From the NCBI GenBank assembly GCA_964565765.1, contig CAZMGF010000007.1:3222-67221 (forward strand): 64,000 bases of DNA. Reading direction: 5' to 3'. The notes under the pieces are model-generated. The model saw only the letters and a program-made list of their open reading frames with translations. It was not told where the DNA came from and did not search any database. Source of the DNA: an uncultured Spirochaetia bacterium. Lineage in GTDB: Bacteria; Oederibacteriota; PGYV01; Palsa-1178. The translations under genes and the position numbers were made by a program. Positions 26,229-34,554 of the stretch are shown one piece after another (the stretch's first letter is position 1; every line of letters starts with the position of its first letter).

Positions 26229-26322
26229 TCCTCCGTGATGTTTTTTTCCCGGAATCCTTTCCGGGTGCTTCAGCGTCGCTTGCTCCGTGGCCATCGGAAC
26301 AGTTTGCGTTTTTCTTTTCCTT
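26229..26322 (-). promoter_or_regulatory. Flagellin leader with four ANGGA CsrA-type sites
   Basis: AAGGA (26318-26322); ACGGA (26284-26288); AAGGA in the loop of hairpin CCCGGA-AAGGAT-TCCGGG (26248-26265); ACGGAGGA overlapping the SD. Confidence 0.75.
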
Positions 26323-26330
26323 ACACTTAA

Positions 26331-26357
26331 GCTTCGTCAACTTTTCCGGAAAACTTA
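26331..26357 (-). promoter_or_regulatory. Sigma28-type promoter of fliC
   Basis: TAAG-N15-GACGAAGC. Confidence 0.6.
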
Positions 26358-26361
26358 AATT

Positions 26362-26595
26362 TTATTTTTTCTTTTTTCCTTTCAGTTCCACTTTCGTCAA
26401 ATCCGGCGTTTTTTCCACAAGCGCCCTTGCGTTTTCCTCCTGAACCTTCCTGTACACCTCCTCCCTGTAAATTGAGACGTTTTTCGGGGCAGAGATGCCT
26501 ATCCTTACTTCGCTGCCCCGGAGTTCAGCCACTGTTATTTCTATATTACCGTTTATTATTATCTTTTCTCCCGTTTTCCTTGACAGAATCAGCAT
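26362..26595 (-). CDS. csrA: Carbon storage regulator CsrA
   Basis: MLILSRKTGEKIII...VRIGISAPKNVSIYREEV...EEN, with the C-terminal extension typical of FliW-regulated CsrA. Confidence 0.95.
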   Translation of the reverse strand: MLILSRKTGEKIIINGNIEITVAELRGSEVRIGISAPKNVSIYREEVYRKVQEENARALVEKTPDLTKVELKGKKKK

Positions 26596-27019
26596 TTGCT
26601 TCTCCTCTTTTAACAAGCGGCTCTTTCAGGGAATATCCTTCCCGCATGTTTACGAACTGCCCGCCGGCCATTTTTTTGTAGTTAACAACAACAGGTGCCG
26701 CCATATTAACCGTCATATTGCTCGGGTCCTCCGGAATGGATACAAGGCCGAACAGAAGCGCGTTATCCCCGTTAAATCCAAGAAGCTCCCTGTCGTCATT
26801 GCTTAATTTTAAATCATAGCCGGGGAAAAAGTCAAACATATTAATGGTTATAAATTTTAACATCGGCTCCTCCGCCGCCGTCATCCATATAAACGGGCTG
26901 CCCGGTTTATATTCCTGAAATACAAACACCCTGTGTTCCTCAAATCCTAACACGGGTTTAATAAAGATTATTTCCCTGCTTTTTTCCATTGTTTCAAGTA
27001 CTGCGTTCGCCATAGTCAT
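26546..27019 (-). CDS. fliW: Flagellar assembly factor FliW
   Basis: IIFIKPVLGFEE...PFIWM...VSIPEDPSNMTVNMAAPVVVN...GGQFV. Confidence 0.92.
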   Translation of the reverse strand: MTMANAVLETMEKSREIIFIKPVLGFEEHRVFVFQEYKPGSPFIWMTAAEEPMLKFITINMFDFFPGYDLKLSNDDRELLGFNGDNALLFGLVSIPEDPSNMTVNMAAPVVVNYKKMAGGQFVNMREGYSLKEPLVKRGEANADSVKENGRKDNNKR

Positions 27020-27043
27020 TACCCCTTTTCTTTTTTGAATATT

Positions 27044-27946
27044 TTATCTCAATATGTCAGCCAGCGTGGTCTGCTGCATAAGCGTTGAGATTGAAGTCAG
27101 CGCGGACTGATATACGTTCTGTTGGAGCTGAAAGTTTGTCATTGCCGTGGGCATGTCGACATCCTCAAGCGAGGACTGTATGCCGGTCAGCGTTGTGTTT
27201 GTATTTGTAAGCGTCGAGCTTACCGCAGTGGTCCTCTGCAATTTTCCGCCTATGTCGGTGTTAATATTTGTCAGGCTGTTGTACGCGTTTTGCAGAGTGC
27301 CCGCGTCGTTCGTGATTGCAGCTGTATCGTTATTGTTCAGGTCGTTCCTGAAATTTATAAGGGCGTTATAAACATCTGTCCCGGCCGCTATGAGGCTTGA
27401 GCCCGGCACATTCTTGTTTATTATATCTCCCTGGTTTATCTCCTCCGGCATAAGGCCGCTGTCGCCGTTGTAAGTCACCCCGGTCACCGAAGTCCCGGTC
27501 ATTGTGGCCGTAAAAGGCTGCGCCGTTGTCTGGTAACCTCCGAAAATATACTGTCCGTTCACCTGGGTATTGCCGAGCGAGAGCATTTCCTGAATCTGGT
27601 TGTCCACCTGTGTCGCCATTGTGGCCCTGTCCGAAGCGCTGTTAGTGTCATTGGCGCCCTGGACGGCCAGTGTCTGCGCGGTGCTCAACAGATTGGTCAT
27701 GGAAGTCAGTGCTGTGGAAGTGGAGTTCAGGTAATCGTTGGTTGACCCGACATTCGACTGGTATTGTGTGATGTTGTTTATTGAATCCCGCAGTGATATT
27801 ATGCTTCCTATTTTATCAGGCGCGTCGGAAGGCTTGTTCACGGCAAGCCCGGTTGATATTTGCTGGTTGATTTTGTCAAGCTGCTGCATGTTGTTTTGTA
27901 AATCGGAAATAAAGCTGTCATACATGTAGGAATTTGTAACTCTCAT
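27044..27946 (-). CDS. flgL: Hook-associated protein 3 FlgL
   Basis: MRVTNSYM; QISTGLAVNKPSDAP; NGQYIFGGYQT; LEDVDMPTAM. Confidence 0.93.
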   Translation of the reverse strand: MRVTNSYMYDSFISDLQNNMQQLDKINQQISTGLAVNKPSDAPDKIGSIISLRDSINNITQYQSNVGSTNDYLNSTSTALTSMTNLLSTAQTLAVQGANDTNSASDRATMATQVDNQIQEMLSLGNTQVNGQYIFGGYQTTAQPFTATMTGTSVTGVTYNGDSGLMPEEINQGDIINKNVPGSSLIAAGTDVYNALINFRNDLNNNDTAAITNDAGTLQNAYNSLTNINTDIGGKLQRTTAVSSTLTNTNTTLTGIQSSLEDVDMPTAMTNFQLQQNVYQSALTSISTLMQQTTLADILR

Positions 27947-27972
27947 AATCTCCACCTCGTTTATTTATAAAA

Positions 27973-29382
27973 TTAAGACGGATTTATCATATTTATCAGC
28001 GTCTGCAGCATCTGGTCCTGCACCACCATAACCTTTGAATTGGCCTCAAAAGCGTGCTGGTACTGGACAAGGTTCGTCATTTCCTCGTCAAGAGAGACTC
28101 CCGATTCGGACTGCCACTGCTGCTGCAGGTTGGTGCTTACGCTGGTATATATCTGGTCATTATTCTGCGCGCTCTGGGAATCGCTGCCCACCTGGCTGAC
28201 AAGTGAAGCGTAATTTTCTCCAATGGTCTGCGTCCCTCCGGCCATTAACAGCGAATTCTGTGTGTCCGCCATGGCCAGCGCGTTGGAACCGTCACCGGGC
28301 GAAGACGGGCTTGCCGCCGCCGCTATCAGCGTCGGGTCCGCTGTTATCGCGGGGTTGATTGTTATATCCGCGGAATCGGTTCCATTAAAGAAATTTATGC
28401 CCGTCGGTGCGGCGTCGTTGAGGCCGTAACCGGAAGACTGGAGCGAGTTTACGCTTGTCATCAAAGACTGCGCCATGGAATCCAGGGAGCTCCTGTAACC
28501 CGCAATATTTGTGTCGCGCAGCGTGATAAGGCCGTTAATATCACCGCCGGTGGTTACCAGCGGCGCGCCGTCGTCGGAAAAGACAGGGTTCACCGCGTTG
28601 TTGTTAGCCGGGTCGGTCACGGTAGTAAGAGGTACCGTGTAATTCTGTCCCACAAGCGTGTGCCCATTTATTTCAATTTTCATGTAGCCGTTGCCCATAT
28701 CGGTGGCCTGAAAATTTGTCAGCTTCGAAAGGCTGTTCATAAGATTCTGCCTTGTGTCAAGCAGGTCGTTGGTCGTATATCCCATATTTTGCGCTTTGTA
28801 AATCTGGTAGTTTACGCCATTTATCTGGCTGGCAAGACTGTTAATAGAATTCACGTCGGTTTTGATATTTCCGTTTATCTGCGTGTCCATATTGTCAAGG
28901 TTGGTGTTCATTGTGGAGAACTGATCCGTCAGCGCCTGCGTAGTGTCAATAAGGTTCTGCCTGACTCCTATATCCCCGGGGTCGCTTGAGACGCTGCTTA
29001 ACGCGCTGTAGAAATTATTAAGGGCGTCACCGATTGAAGGCGAGGTTGGTTCGTTAAAAAAGGACTCCACCTGGGAGAGCCCTGTCATTACGGCGGAATT
29101 TGATGACTGCTGGGAATTCCCCTGCGTTATCTGGTTGTTGAGCATTTGATCCCTGGCGCTGTCTATCTGCGACACCACAACGCCCGTGCCAAGCTGCCCG
29201 GCTATCATTGCCGCGTTCGCAGAAGGGTCGGGATATGGAAGCGTCGTGGTCATCTGAGCGACCTGCTTTGTGTATCCGGGAGTATTTGCGTTCGCTATAT
29301 TATTGGAAACGACATCCTGCGCCGCGCTCTGCGCCGTTAACCCTCTTAGCGCTATTTCCAGGCCGAAAAATGTGGACGGCAT
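27973..29382 (-). CDS. flgK: Hook-associated protein 1 FlgK
   Basis: FFGLEIALRGL..Q; NNIANANTPGYTKQ; ESGVSLDEEMTNLVQYQHAFEANSKV. Confidence 0.95.
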   Translation of the reverse strand: MPSTFFGLEIALRGLTAQSAAQDVVSNNIANANTPGYTKQVAQMTTTLPYPDPSANAAMIAGQLGTGVVVSQIDSARDQMLNNQITQGNSQQSSNSAVMTGLSQVESFFNEPTSPSIGDALNNFYSALSSVSSDPGDIGVRQNLIDTTQALTDQFSTMNTNLDNMDTQINGNIKTDVNSINSLASQINGVNYQIYKAQNMGYTTNDLLDTRQNLMNSLSKLTNFQATDMGNGYMKIEINGHTLVGQNYTVPLTTVTDPANNNAVNPVFSDDGAPLVTTGGDINGLITLRDTNIAGYRSSLDSMAQSLMTSVNSLQSSGYGLNDAAPTGINFFNGTDSADITINPAITADPTLIAAAASPSSPGDGSNALAMADTQNSLLMAGGTQTIGENYASLVSQVGSDSQSAQNNDQIYTSVSTNLQQQWQSESGVSLDEEMTNLVQYQHAFEANSKVMVVQDQMLQTLINMINPS

Positions 29383-29391
29383 TTTTACCTC

Positions 29392-29913
29392 CTAAAGCTG
29401 AACATCTAAAAAATTGAGTTCGTTTGATTTTTTTAAAGCATAGCCTTTATCCGAGTAAACTGTCATTTCCCCGTCGCCTTTTTTCATGAAATTAACAACA
29501 TAATTTATAAACTTTACCGTGTCGGCTATGAGCCTTTTGTTTACCATGGCAACCGTCCTTATGCTGGAAGTATATTCCCTGAGCCTGGAAAAAACCTTTT
29601 CAAATTTCATGGTCCAATCTCCCGGAAAAAGTTTTATAAGCCTCATAACCGGCACCTGCTCGCCGGCTTCATACCCGTAGCCGGCCTTCACGGCTTCCAT
29701 GTGTTCCTTAACCTCGTCTTTTTGCACGCTTATGGCGTTCATAAGCTCTTCCTTTTCAATAATGGACGCTGCCAGGCTTTTAAGGTCCTCATAAATTATC
29801 ATGTCTTTTTCCTTCATTGAAAGATCCAGGAGTTTTTTATATAAATTCGCTATTTCATCAAAACACCTGTAAGAATCCTCCATGCATTGTTCCGGTGCCG
29901 GGCCATGGTCCAT
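29392..29913 (-). CDS. flgN: FlgK/FlgL export chaperone FlgN
   Basis: Helical protein between flgM and flgK; YKKLLDLSMKEKDMI; VNKRLI; ends FLDVQL. Confidence 0.8.
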   Translation of the reverse strand: MDHGPAPEQCMEDSYRCFDEIANLYKKLLDLSMKEKDMIIYEDLKSLAASIIEKEELMNAISVQKDEVKEHMEAVKAGYGYEAGEQVPVMRLIKLFPGDWTMKFEKVFSRLREYTSSIRTVAMVNKRLIADTVKFINYVVNFMKKGDGEMTVYSDKGYALKKSNELNFLDVQL

Positions 29914-29931
29914 TTTATCTCCTTTTTCAGC

Positions 29932-30393
29932 CTAATCCAGGCTGTCCACTATGTCGCTTCCGCTTACTTTATATTTGCCTTCGGCGTACTGTTGCTTTAT
30001 CTCAAGCACCTTTCTTGTCCTCTCGGCGTCTGCTTCGGCTATCTCTTCCTTTAATCCGTTCATTTCCATTATTTTTCCGTTAACCTGCGATGGATCCGCC
30101 GTCTCGTCCTTTTCTATTTCTTTTTTTAGTTCGTCAATTTCGCTCTGGTACTGAAAGCTCTGGCTCTCAATGCCCCGCAGTTCATCATTGAGCTTCTCAA
30201 TATCCGCATTTAGGCCCGGCGCAGTTTTATAGTCATAAGCCGCGGTATATCTTTTCGCTGGCTGCCAGGAATCCTGCGGCGCTGTTTTTTTCGCGTCCGG
30301 CGCGGCAGGCGTATCGCTGTTTTTTTTCACACCGGCACCGGCTGAAGGCGCGCTCTGCCTGTCATTTACTTCACTGGCTTTTTTTATTTCCAT
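29932..30393 (-). CDS. flgM: Anti-sigma28 factor FlgM with an internal coiled-coil insertion
   Basis: Position upstream of flgN; C-terminal RTRKVLEIKQQYAEGKYKVSGSDIVDSL matches the FlgM sigma28-binding region. Confidence 0.75.
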   Translation of the reverse strand: MEIKKASEVNDRQSAPSAGAGVKKNSDTPAAPDAKKTAPQDSWQPAKRYTAAYDYKTAPGLNADIEKLNDELRGIESQSFQYQSEIDELKKEIEKDETADPSQVNGKIMEMNGLKEEIAEADAERTRKVLEIKQQYAEGKYKVSGSDIVDSLD

Positions 30394-30447
30394 TTTGCCA
30401 CACTCCTTTATGGCCGGCAGATTCTAAAGATACTCCGGCTCATAAAA

Positions 30448-30474
30448 GTATCGGCCTGAATTCCCGGAATGTTA
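30448..30474 (-). promoter_or_regulatory. Sigma28-type promoter of flgMN-flgKL-fliW-csrA
   Basis: TAAC-N15-GCCGATAC. Confidence 0.75.
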
Positions 30475-30527
30475 AGCAACAATGGCACCAGCTTCTCTGA
30501 ATATTTCACACCTGCCTGAAAAGAGCC

Positions 30528-31673
30528 TTATTTTACAATCACTTTTCCCTTTATTGCCCCTGCGACTTTCATGTCTGTAATAATTGAAATAATATCATCA
30601 GCCGATACCCCCATGGTATTAAGGTTCTTTACAACATCCGCAAGGGTGGCGCCTTTTTTTAGTTCCGCAAAATTGGCCCTGTCCTGGTCCACTGTCATAC
30701 TTGAATTTATTGCCTGAATTGTCGAGCCCGGCGAAAACGGGTTAGGCTGCGAAATTACATTCTTTGATGAAATCGCCACGTGCAGGTTTCCATGGGAAAT
30801 GGCCACTTCGTCCACCGGAATCTGGGCCCCCATTATTACGGTGCCGGTCCTTTCATCAAGCACTACCGAAGGTTCCCCCGGATCCTCTATCTGCATGGAC
30901 GAAACTTCCGCTATGAACGACGCTTTTTTGTTCATATAATCCCCGGGGATATTTACCATTATTTTCTTTCCGTCAGTTGTGCTCGCTGTGCCGCCGCCGA
31001 ATTTCGCGTTTATCCCTTTTATAATGGCCTCGGAAAGTTCAAAATCATTCCTGGCCGTAAATAACGCCACCGAACTGTCTGCGGTAAAATCCGCGTCTAT
31101 TTTTTTCTGGACAGTGGCGCCGCCCGCTATAAAACCCGATGTCGGCGCGTTCTTGCTCACGCTGTTGTTGTTGACCTCAAAATTATGCCCGCCGACCGCC
31201 ACCGAACCCTGGGCGACCGCGCACACATCGTTATTGCCGGCTTTTAACGGGGCCATAAGGAGCGTCCCTCCGTAAAGGCTCTTCGCGTTGCCTATTGAAG
31301 ATATGTGGATGTCTATTTTTTCGCCCTGCTCGCATGTGGGCGGCAGAACTGCCGTCACGATTACGGCCGCGCAATTAAGCGTCTCAATCTGGTCAAGCGG
31401 AACCCTTACCCCCAGCTTATCAAGCATATTAACGACTGATTCCACGGTGACAAGATCCTTACCCGTATCGCCCGTGCCGCTTAAGCCGACCACTATTCCG
31501 TATCCGATGAGGTCGTTGCTCCTCATGCCTGTCATTGATGTAAGGTCCTTAATTTTAGCCGGGGTCGCGGAAATAAAGGACGGCACAACGGCTATAATCA
31601 TAATTATGGCCGCAACAACCGCGCCGTAATGAAGCCTTCCGTCCGGATGTTTTTTCATATGAGCTCCCGCCAT
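30528..31673 (-). CDS. flgI: P-ring protein FlgI (start 31673 or 31658)
   Basis: KIKDL..GMRSNDLIGYGIVVGLSGTGD; AKSLYGGTLLMAPL; VVLDERTGTV. Confidence 0.95.
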   Translation of the reverse strand: MAGAHMKKHPDGRLHYGAVVAAIIMIIAVVPSFISATPAKIKDLTSMTGMRSNDLIGYGIVVGLSGTGDTGKDLVTVESVVNMLDKLGVRVPLDQIETLNCAAVIVTAVLPPTCEQGEKIDIHISSIGNAKSLYGGTLLMAPLKAGNNDVCAVAQGSVAVGGHNFEVNNNSVSKNAPTSGFIAGGATVQKKIDADFTADSSVALFTARNDFELSEAIIKGINAKFGGGTASTTDGKKIMVNIPGDYMNKKASFIAEVSSMQIEDPGEPSVVLDERTGTVIMGAQIPVDEVAISHGNLHVAISSKNVISQPNPFSPGSTIQAINSSMTVDQDRANFAELKKGATLADVVKNLNTMGVSADDIISIITDMKVAGAIKGKVIVK

Positions 31674-32254
31674 TAGAATATTCCCAGCCAGTCAAAAACC
31701 TGGCTCAAGAAACCCATTTTTGATTTGTTGCCCAGTACACCGTCGCCGGTATAATCGATTTTTGCGTTAACTATCTTTGTCGAAAGTATCGTGTTGTCGG
31801 CCTCGATATCCTTCGGATTAACCTCTCCCTCGACAGAAATCTTCTGCGTGTTTCCGTTCATCTGGAGGTTTTTCTGCCCCTTTAACACCAGGTATCCGTT
31901 CTGTTTTACCTCAACAACCTCCACGGTTATTTCTGTCTGAAGCACACCGCTCTGGGTTGCCGTGCCTTTGCCGGTGTTCTGGTTGTTATAGGTGAACTGT
32001 CCGCCGTACGCGGTTGTGTTACTGGCCGGCCCGGCCCCGGCTGTGAGCCCGAAATCCCTTGAAACCCCGGTCTCATTCGACTGCGCGGCAGTCGCGTTTT
32101 CATTTATCAGAATCCTTACGGTATCTCCGGCTTTGTAGGTTTTTGAATTGGTATACAGTGAATTGAGGTCTCCCGAAAGGTCTTCGGCGTAAATAAAAAA
32201 CGCGGCAAAAAGCAGGGCAATAACCGTAGCCAGAATTTTTTTCATTTTACTCAC
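31673..32254 (-). CDS. flgH: L-ring protein FlgH, non-lipoprotein type (no Cys)
   Basis: KAGDTVRILINE; VVEVKQNGYLVLKGQK; NPKDIEADNTILSTKIVNAKIDYTG. Confidence 0.92.
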   Translation of the reverse strand: MSKMKKILATVIALLFAAFFIYAEDLSGDLNSLYTNSKTYKAGDTVRILINENATAAQSNETGVSRDFGLTAGAGPASNTTAYGGQFTYNNQNTGKGTATQSGVLQTEITVEVVEVKQNGYLVLKGQKNLQMNGNTQKISVEGEVNPKDIEADNTILSTKIVNAKIDYTGDGVLGNKSKMGFLSQVFDWLGIF

Positions 32255-32942
32255 CCGTCCTGACCGTGGATGAAGAGACCACCCTGGCCATTATAAGTTT
32301 TTTTGACGATGTGTTTCTCACTTTAATCGAGTCCCCTACCGCCCCCTGCTCTTCAGCGCGGCCCTGCGATTCCATCCTCATATTTTCATCCGCGCATATT
32401 ATTGTCACAAGCGCGCCCGGAGATATCACCGGCGCCTTTTCAATGTCGTACGGGGCTATAACCCTGGCTTTCTGAAGGGCATTTGCCGTGCGCTCGCCGA
32501 TTATCCCTCTTCCGTCGTCCATAAACGGGACAAAGTTCATCGCCGCAATATTGGCGTTCACAAACGCAAGGTCTGTTTTTGTTATGACGCTTCTTGGCGG
32601 CAGCGTCCGTGACGCCGCCAGGACCGGGCAGATTACTTCCACAAGAAATTGCATATCCGCTTCTATTTTTTTGTCATCCCTGTAACCCGTTATATGATAG
32701 CGCATCTTTCTGGAAAGATTGTCGGCGGTTGCCGCTGTTATTGAAACTGCCCCTGCCATGGCAGGCGCCACAGGGCCGGCCGGGCACACATTTACCGCCG
32801 CGTTTTTGGGAGCCCCTTTTTTTATATCATCCGCTACCGCGGATTTTATATCATCTATTACGGCTCCTTTTACCGCCAATGGCAGGAAAAGGCAAGTCAT
32901 GACTGCCGCCGCCCGCAAAATGCCATTTTTCAATTTTATCAT
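32247..32942 (-). CDS. flgA: P-ring assembly chaperone FlgA
   Basis: SAF-like LAASRTLPPRSVIT; GRAEEQGAVGDSIKVRNTSSKK. Confidence 0.9.
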   Translation of the reverse strand: MIKLKNGILRAAAVMTCLFLPLAVKGAVIDDIKSAVADDIKKGAPKNAAVNVCPAGPVAPAMAGAVSITAATADNLSRKMRYHITGYRDDKKIEADMQFLVEVICPVLAASRTLPPRSVITKTDLAFVNANIAAMNFVPFMDDGRGIIGERTANALQKARVIAPYDIEKAPVISPGALVTIICADENMRMESQGRAEEQGAVGDSIKVRNTSSKKLIMARVVSSSTVRTGE

Positions 32943-32944
32943 TT

Positions 32945-33694
32945 TTACCTCTTTATCCCGTTTGCCAGGCTCATCATCTGGTCAGTTGTCTGGAGTACTT
33001 TGGTGTTCATTTCATAGGACCTCTGCGTAAGCATCATTTTAAGCATTTCACTGGCAAGGTCAACGTTGGAGCCTTCCGTATAACCCTGCTGGAGGGTTCC
33101 CAGCCCCTGTTTTCCCGGAGAGTCCACAACCGGATCCCCTGAATTGGCGCTCGGCTTGAATACGCCCTGGCCGTCATCCGTCAATCCCCCCGGGTTTATA
33201 AATTTAGCCAGTTCGAGCGAGCCTATTACCTGTGTAGTGCCGTCATTTTTTGTGGCCGTTATCTGTCCGTTGGCGTTTATAGCGACCGATGATGTATCTG
33301 ATGACACTGTCACTTCCGGATACACCTTGTTGCCGTTTGCAGTCACAAGCGTTCCGTTAGCGTCAAGTGAAAATTGTCCTGACCTGGTGTATCCCGTCGT
33401 CTCGTCTGGCATTGTCACTTCAAAAAAACCGTCGCCGTTTATGGCCACATCAAGGCTGTTTCCAGTGGATTGTATATTGCCCTGGGTGAAATTTCTGGTA
33501 ATTGAAGATACTGTAGTACCTGCCGGATTGACCTGCACGTTTCTGCCGTCGTCGTCCACCTGGGACATTTCCTGGACATACGCGTCCTGAAACTTAAATC
33601 CCACCGTGTTCAGATTTGCCATATTATTGGCGATAAGGTCCAATTTCTGCTCTTCCGCCGCCATCCCGGAACCGGATATCCAGAGTGCCCTCAT
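32945..33694 (-). CDS. flgG: Distal rod protein FlgG
   Basis: MRALWISGSGM; ANNMANLNTVGFK; LDVAINGDGFF; EGSNVDLASEM. Confidence 0.93.
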   Translation of the reverse strand: MRALWISGSGMAAEEQKLDLIANNMANLNTVGFKFQDAYVQEMSQVDDDGRNVQVNPAGTTVSSITRNFTQGNIQSTGNSLDVAINGDGFFEVTMPDETTGYTRSGQFSLDANGTLVTANGNKVYPEVTVSSDTSSVAINANGQITATKNDGTTQVIGSLELAKFINPGGLTDDGQGVFKPSANSGDPVVDSPGKQGLGTLQQGYTEGSNVDLASEMLKMMLTQRSYEMNTKVLQTTDQMMSLANGIKR

Positions 33695-33713
33695 TTTTTA
33701 TACCTCATTTTTA

Positions 33714-34406
33714 TCAGAATTTTCCAAACTCGGTTATCGCCTTGCTCACCGCGTCATCGTTGGCCTGAATAAGTTTCTGGTTTGATTCGTAAGAATTAAG
33801 GGTGTTTACCATTTTAATCATTTCATTGACCCTGTTAACATTCGAACCTTCCCTCATCCCCTGTGTTATAAGGGCGTATCCCGAAGGCGCCTCAACCCCG
33901 GCGTCGTTGATTGTAAAGGTGCCGTCGGCCCGGGGCGTGACTTTTGCCTGGCTGCCGGCCTGCACTATATCAATCTTGTCAACGACAGCGTTGTTTTCCA
34001 TGCATTCGCCCGTCTGTGTTATTTTAAAATCGGAAAGGGACTGTACTTTTATGGACGTGCCGCTAGTATTCAGTATTTTCATCCCGTTAAATGTAAGCTC
34101 GCCGGACGAATTAAGGCTGAGCCTTCCGTCCTTGATATAATAAATATTGCCTTCATCATCGGCGGCTTTCATGAAGTATTTTTTTCCAAGAACCACATCA
34201 AGGGGGTTGGAGGTGGTGCGCAGCGCGCCGCCGGACAAATCCGTGGTAGACGCGGCCTCCGGGGTGTCGTCTTCGGTGTTTACATAAAACAATTCATTGC
34301 TCTTATAATAATCCGTGTCAATATTTGATGAATTCTGGGCCGTCATTTCGTGCTGCTGCTCCCTTACCATCATTGCCGCAGCTGAAATCCTTACCGCGTT
34401 ATCCAT
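33714..34406 (-). CDS. flgF: Proximal rod protein FlgF (FlgG paralogue)
   Basis: Start MDNAVRIS; REGSNVNRVNEMIKM...YESNQK; lies directly upstream of flgG. Confidence 0.8.
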   Translation of the reverse strand: MDNAVRISAAAMMVREQQHEMTAQNSSNIDTDYYKSNELFYVNTEDDTPEAASTTDLSGGALRTTSNPLDVVLGKKYFMKAADDEGNIYYIKDGRLSLNSSGELTFNGMKILNTSGTSIKVQSLSDFKITQTGECMENNAVVDKIDIVQAGSQAKVTPRADGTFTINDAGVEAPSGYALITQGMREGSNVNRVNEMIKMVNTLNSYESNQKLIQANDDAVSKAITEFGKF

Positions 34407-34442
34407 CGCAACCTCACGTTTGTATTTTTTTATCATATTAAT

Positions 34443-34462
34443 ATAAAGCACAAAGCGTGCCG
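34443..34462 (-). promoter_or_regulatory. Sigma54 promoter of flgFGAHI
   Basis: CGGCACGCTTTGTGCTTTAT (GG-N10-GC). Confidence 0.78.
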
Positions 34463-34513
34463 GGGCGCCGGCTTACGGAAAATAAGGGTTTTTTCTTTCT
34501 CAGGAGTGATAAA

Positions 34514-34550
34514 ACCTACACGCTTCCATAAAGTATGGAAATTTTCTTTT
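34514..34550. promoter_or_regulatory. Degenerate tandem enhancer (half-sites CTTCCAT and ATGGAAA)
   Basis: The half-sites fall at the same offsets (about 61 and 82 bp from -24) as the full sites at the flgB-operon promoter. Confidence 0.45.
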
Positions 34551-34554
34551 AAAT

